A DNA stretch of 52,802 nucleotides from an uncultured Candidatus Saccharibacteria bacterium. Lineage in GTDB: Bacteria; Patescibacteriota; Saccharimonadia; Saccharimonadales; UBA7683. Position numbers and translations under genes: made by a program. The stretch covers positions 1 to 52,802 of the forward strand of contig CAYRKQ010000004.1 in assembly GCA_964424985.1 (NCBI GenBank), written 5' to 3'. The notes below the pieces were generated by a model. The model made no database searches. It was not told where the DNA came from and worked only from the letters and a program-made list of their open reading frames with translations. Positions 52,138 to 52,802 of this stretch are shown piece after piece. Every line of letters begins with the position of its first letter. The first letter of the stretch is position 1.

Positions 52138-52802
52138 TTATAGCGGCCAAGAGGGTTTGGGGTCGAGATGGCGAGGGTCGATTGGATCCTCGCTTTTTGA
52201 TTGAAAGTAGGCGCGGGCGCCGATCATGGCAGCGTTGTCAGTGCATAAAATTTGGGGGGCGTAAGTGATTTCAATTGGCAGCGCTTCGGAAAGAGCCTGG
52301 CGAAGGGGGAGTGAGGCTGCGACACCACCACCAATAATGACCGTTTTGGGCTGAAATTCCTCAAATGCCAGTTTAATTTTAGAAACCAAGTAGTTGATGG
52401 CCGTTTTTTGGAAGCTGGCCGCAAAATCTGCCTTTTGAGCGTCATTTAAGCGGGCTGCAAGCTCAAAACTAGGGAAGTCGTGTTCGACACCGCATTCTTT
52501 TTGCACTGCTCTTAGTAAGCCTGTTTTGAGCCCGCTGAACGAAAAATTATAAGAGATCTTAGATGGTAGATCTTGGATCTTAGACTCGACACCAGAGCCG
52601 GCTGCGACTTCTCTAAGATCTAAGAACTGAGATCTAAGATCCGCCAAGCCCGGATCAATGGTGTCTACTTTCGGGGTGGTCAGGTGGTACTTATCGGCAT
52701 TACCGTTTTCGGCGGCTTTTGCCACACTGGGGCCGCCAGGGTAGGGGAGACCAAGTACCTTGGCGGCTTTGTCGAAGGCTTCGCCCACGGCGTCATCTTG
52801 GG
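52138..52802 (-). CDS. tsaD: tRNA N6-adenosine threonylcarbamoyltransferase TsaD, 5' end beyond window edge
   Basis: DDAVGEAFDKAAKVLGLPYPGGP, FSFSGLKT, CTDNAAMIG. The frame stays open to nt 52802. Confidence 0.9.
   Translation of the reverse strand, partial: QDDAVGEAFDKAAKVLGLPYPGGPSVAKAAENGNADKYHLTTPKVDTIDPGLADLRSQFLDLREVAAGSGVESKIQDLPSKISYNFSFSGLKTGLLRAVQKECGVEHDFPSFELAARLNDAQKADFAASFQKTAINYLVSKIKLAFEEFQPKTVIIGGGVAASLPLRQALSEALPIEITYAPQILCTDNAAMIGARAYFQSKSEDPIDPRHLDPKPSWPL
52555..52641. repeat. 87-bp imperfect palindrome inside the tsaD coding sequence
   Basis: Arms 52555-52584 and 52612-52641 pair at 25 Watson-Crick plus 2 G-T of 30 positions. The arms are built from GATCTTAGA / TCTAAGATC units. 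The loop is 27 nt. Confidence 0.85.

Overview
This 52.8-kb window appears to span the replication origin of a small-genome, Gram-positive-like bacterium. It carries a jag-yidC / rnpA-rpmH / dnaA-dnaN core, tRNAs with encoded CCA, many toxin-antitoxin pairs, small GIY-YIG genes and an IVS-type four-helix-bundle gene. This content fits Patescibacteria/CPR, perhaps Saccharibacteria, but that is inference only because no search was possible.

Layout:
- 1-12.1 kb: low-GC cell-surface glycan island with seven glycosyltransferases (GT4, GT2, GT11, one GT2-GT4 fusion), a Wzm/Wzt-type ABC exporter and the GDP-D-rhamnose pair gmd/rmd.
- 12.1-13.5 kb: two divergent VapBC-type TA modules.
- 13.5-19.9 kb: origin core, plus a Fic protein with a degenerate active site and an L34 gene missing from the ORF track.
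- 19.9-37.1 kb: the main accessory system. It is a nine-gene minus-strand operon with a VirB4-like ATPase, VirB6-like and PrgI/VirB3-like proteins, several orphan envelope proteins and two multi-domain peptidoglycan hydrolases. A divergent array of seven paralogous VirB2/TrbC-like pilin genes faces it. No coupling protein, relaxase or VirB11 is present in the window.
- 37.1-38.9 kb: a four-helix-bundle gene enclosed in a 38-bp inverted repeat, then hsp20 and comF.
- 39.0-44.5 kb: a mosaic hotspot with a replication-relaxation-like gene, three TA modules, tRNA-Ser(CGA), tRNA-Arg(GCG), tRNA-Ser(UGA), duplicated tRNA 3' ends and two small GIY-YIG genes.
- 44.5-52.8 kb: housekeeping genes (lysA-like, metallophosphoesterase, HIT, valS, another MazEF-like pair, tsaD). 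The tsaD gene carries an in-frame palindromic insertion.

All calls rest on motif recognition by eye. No database search was run.
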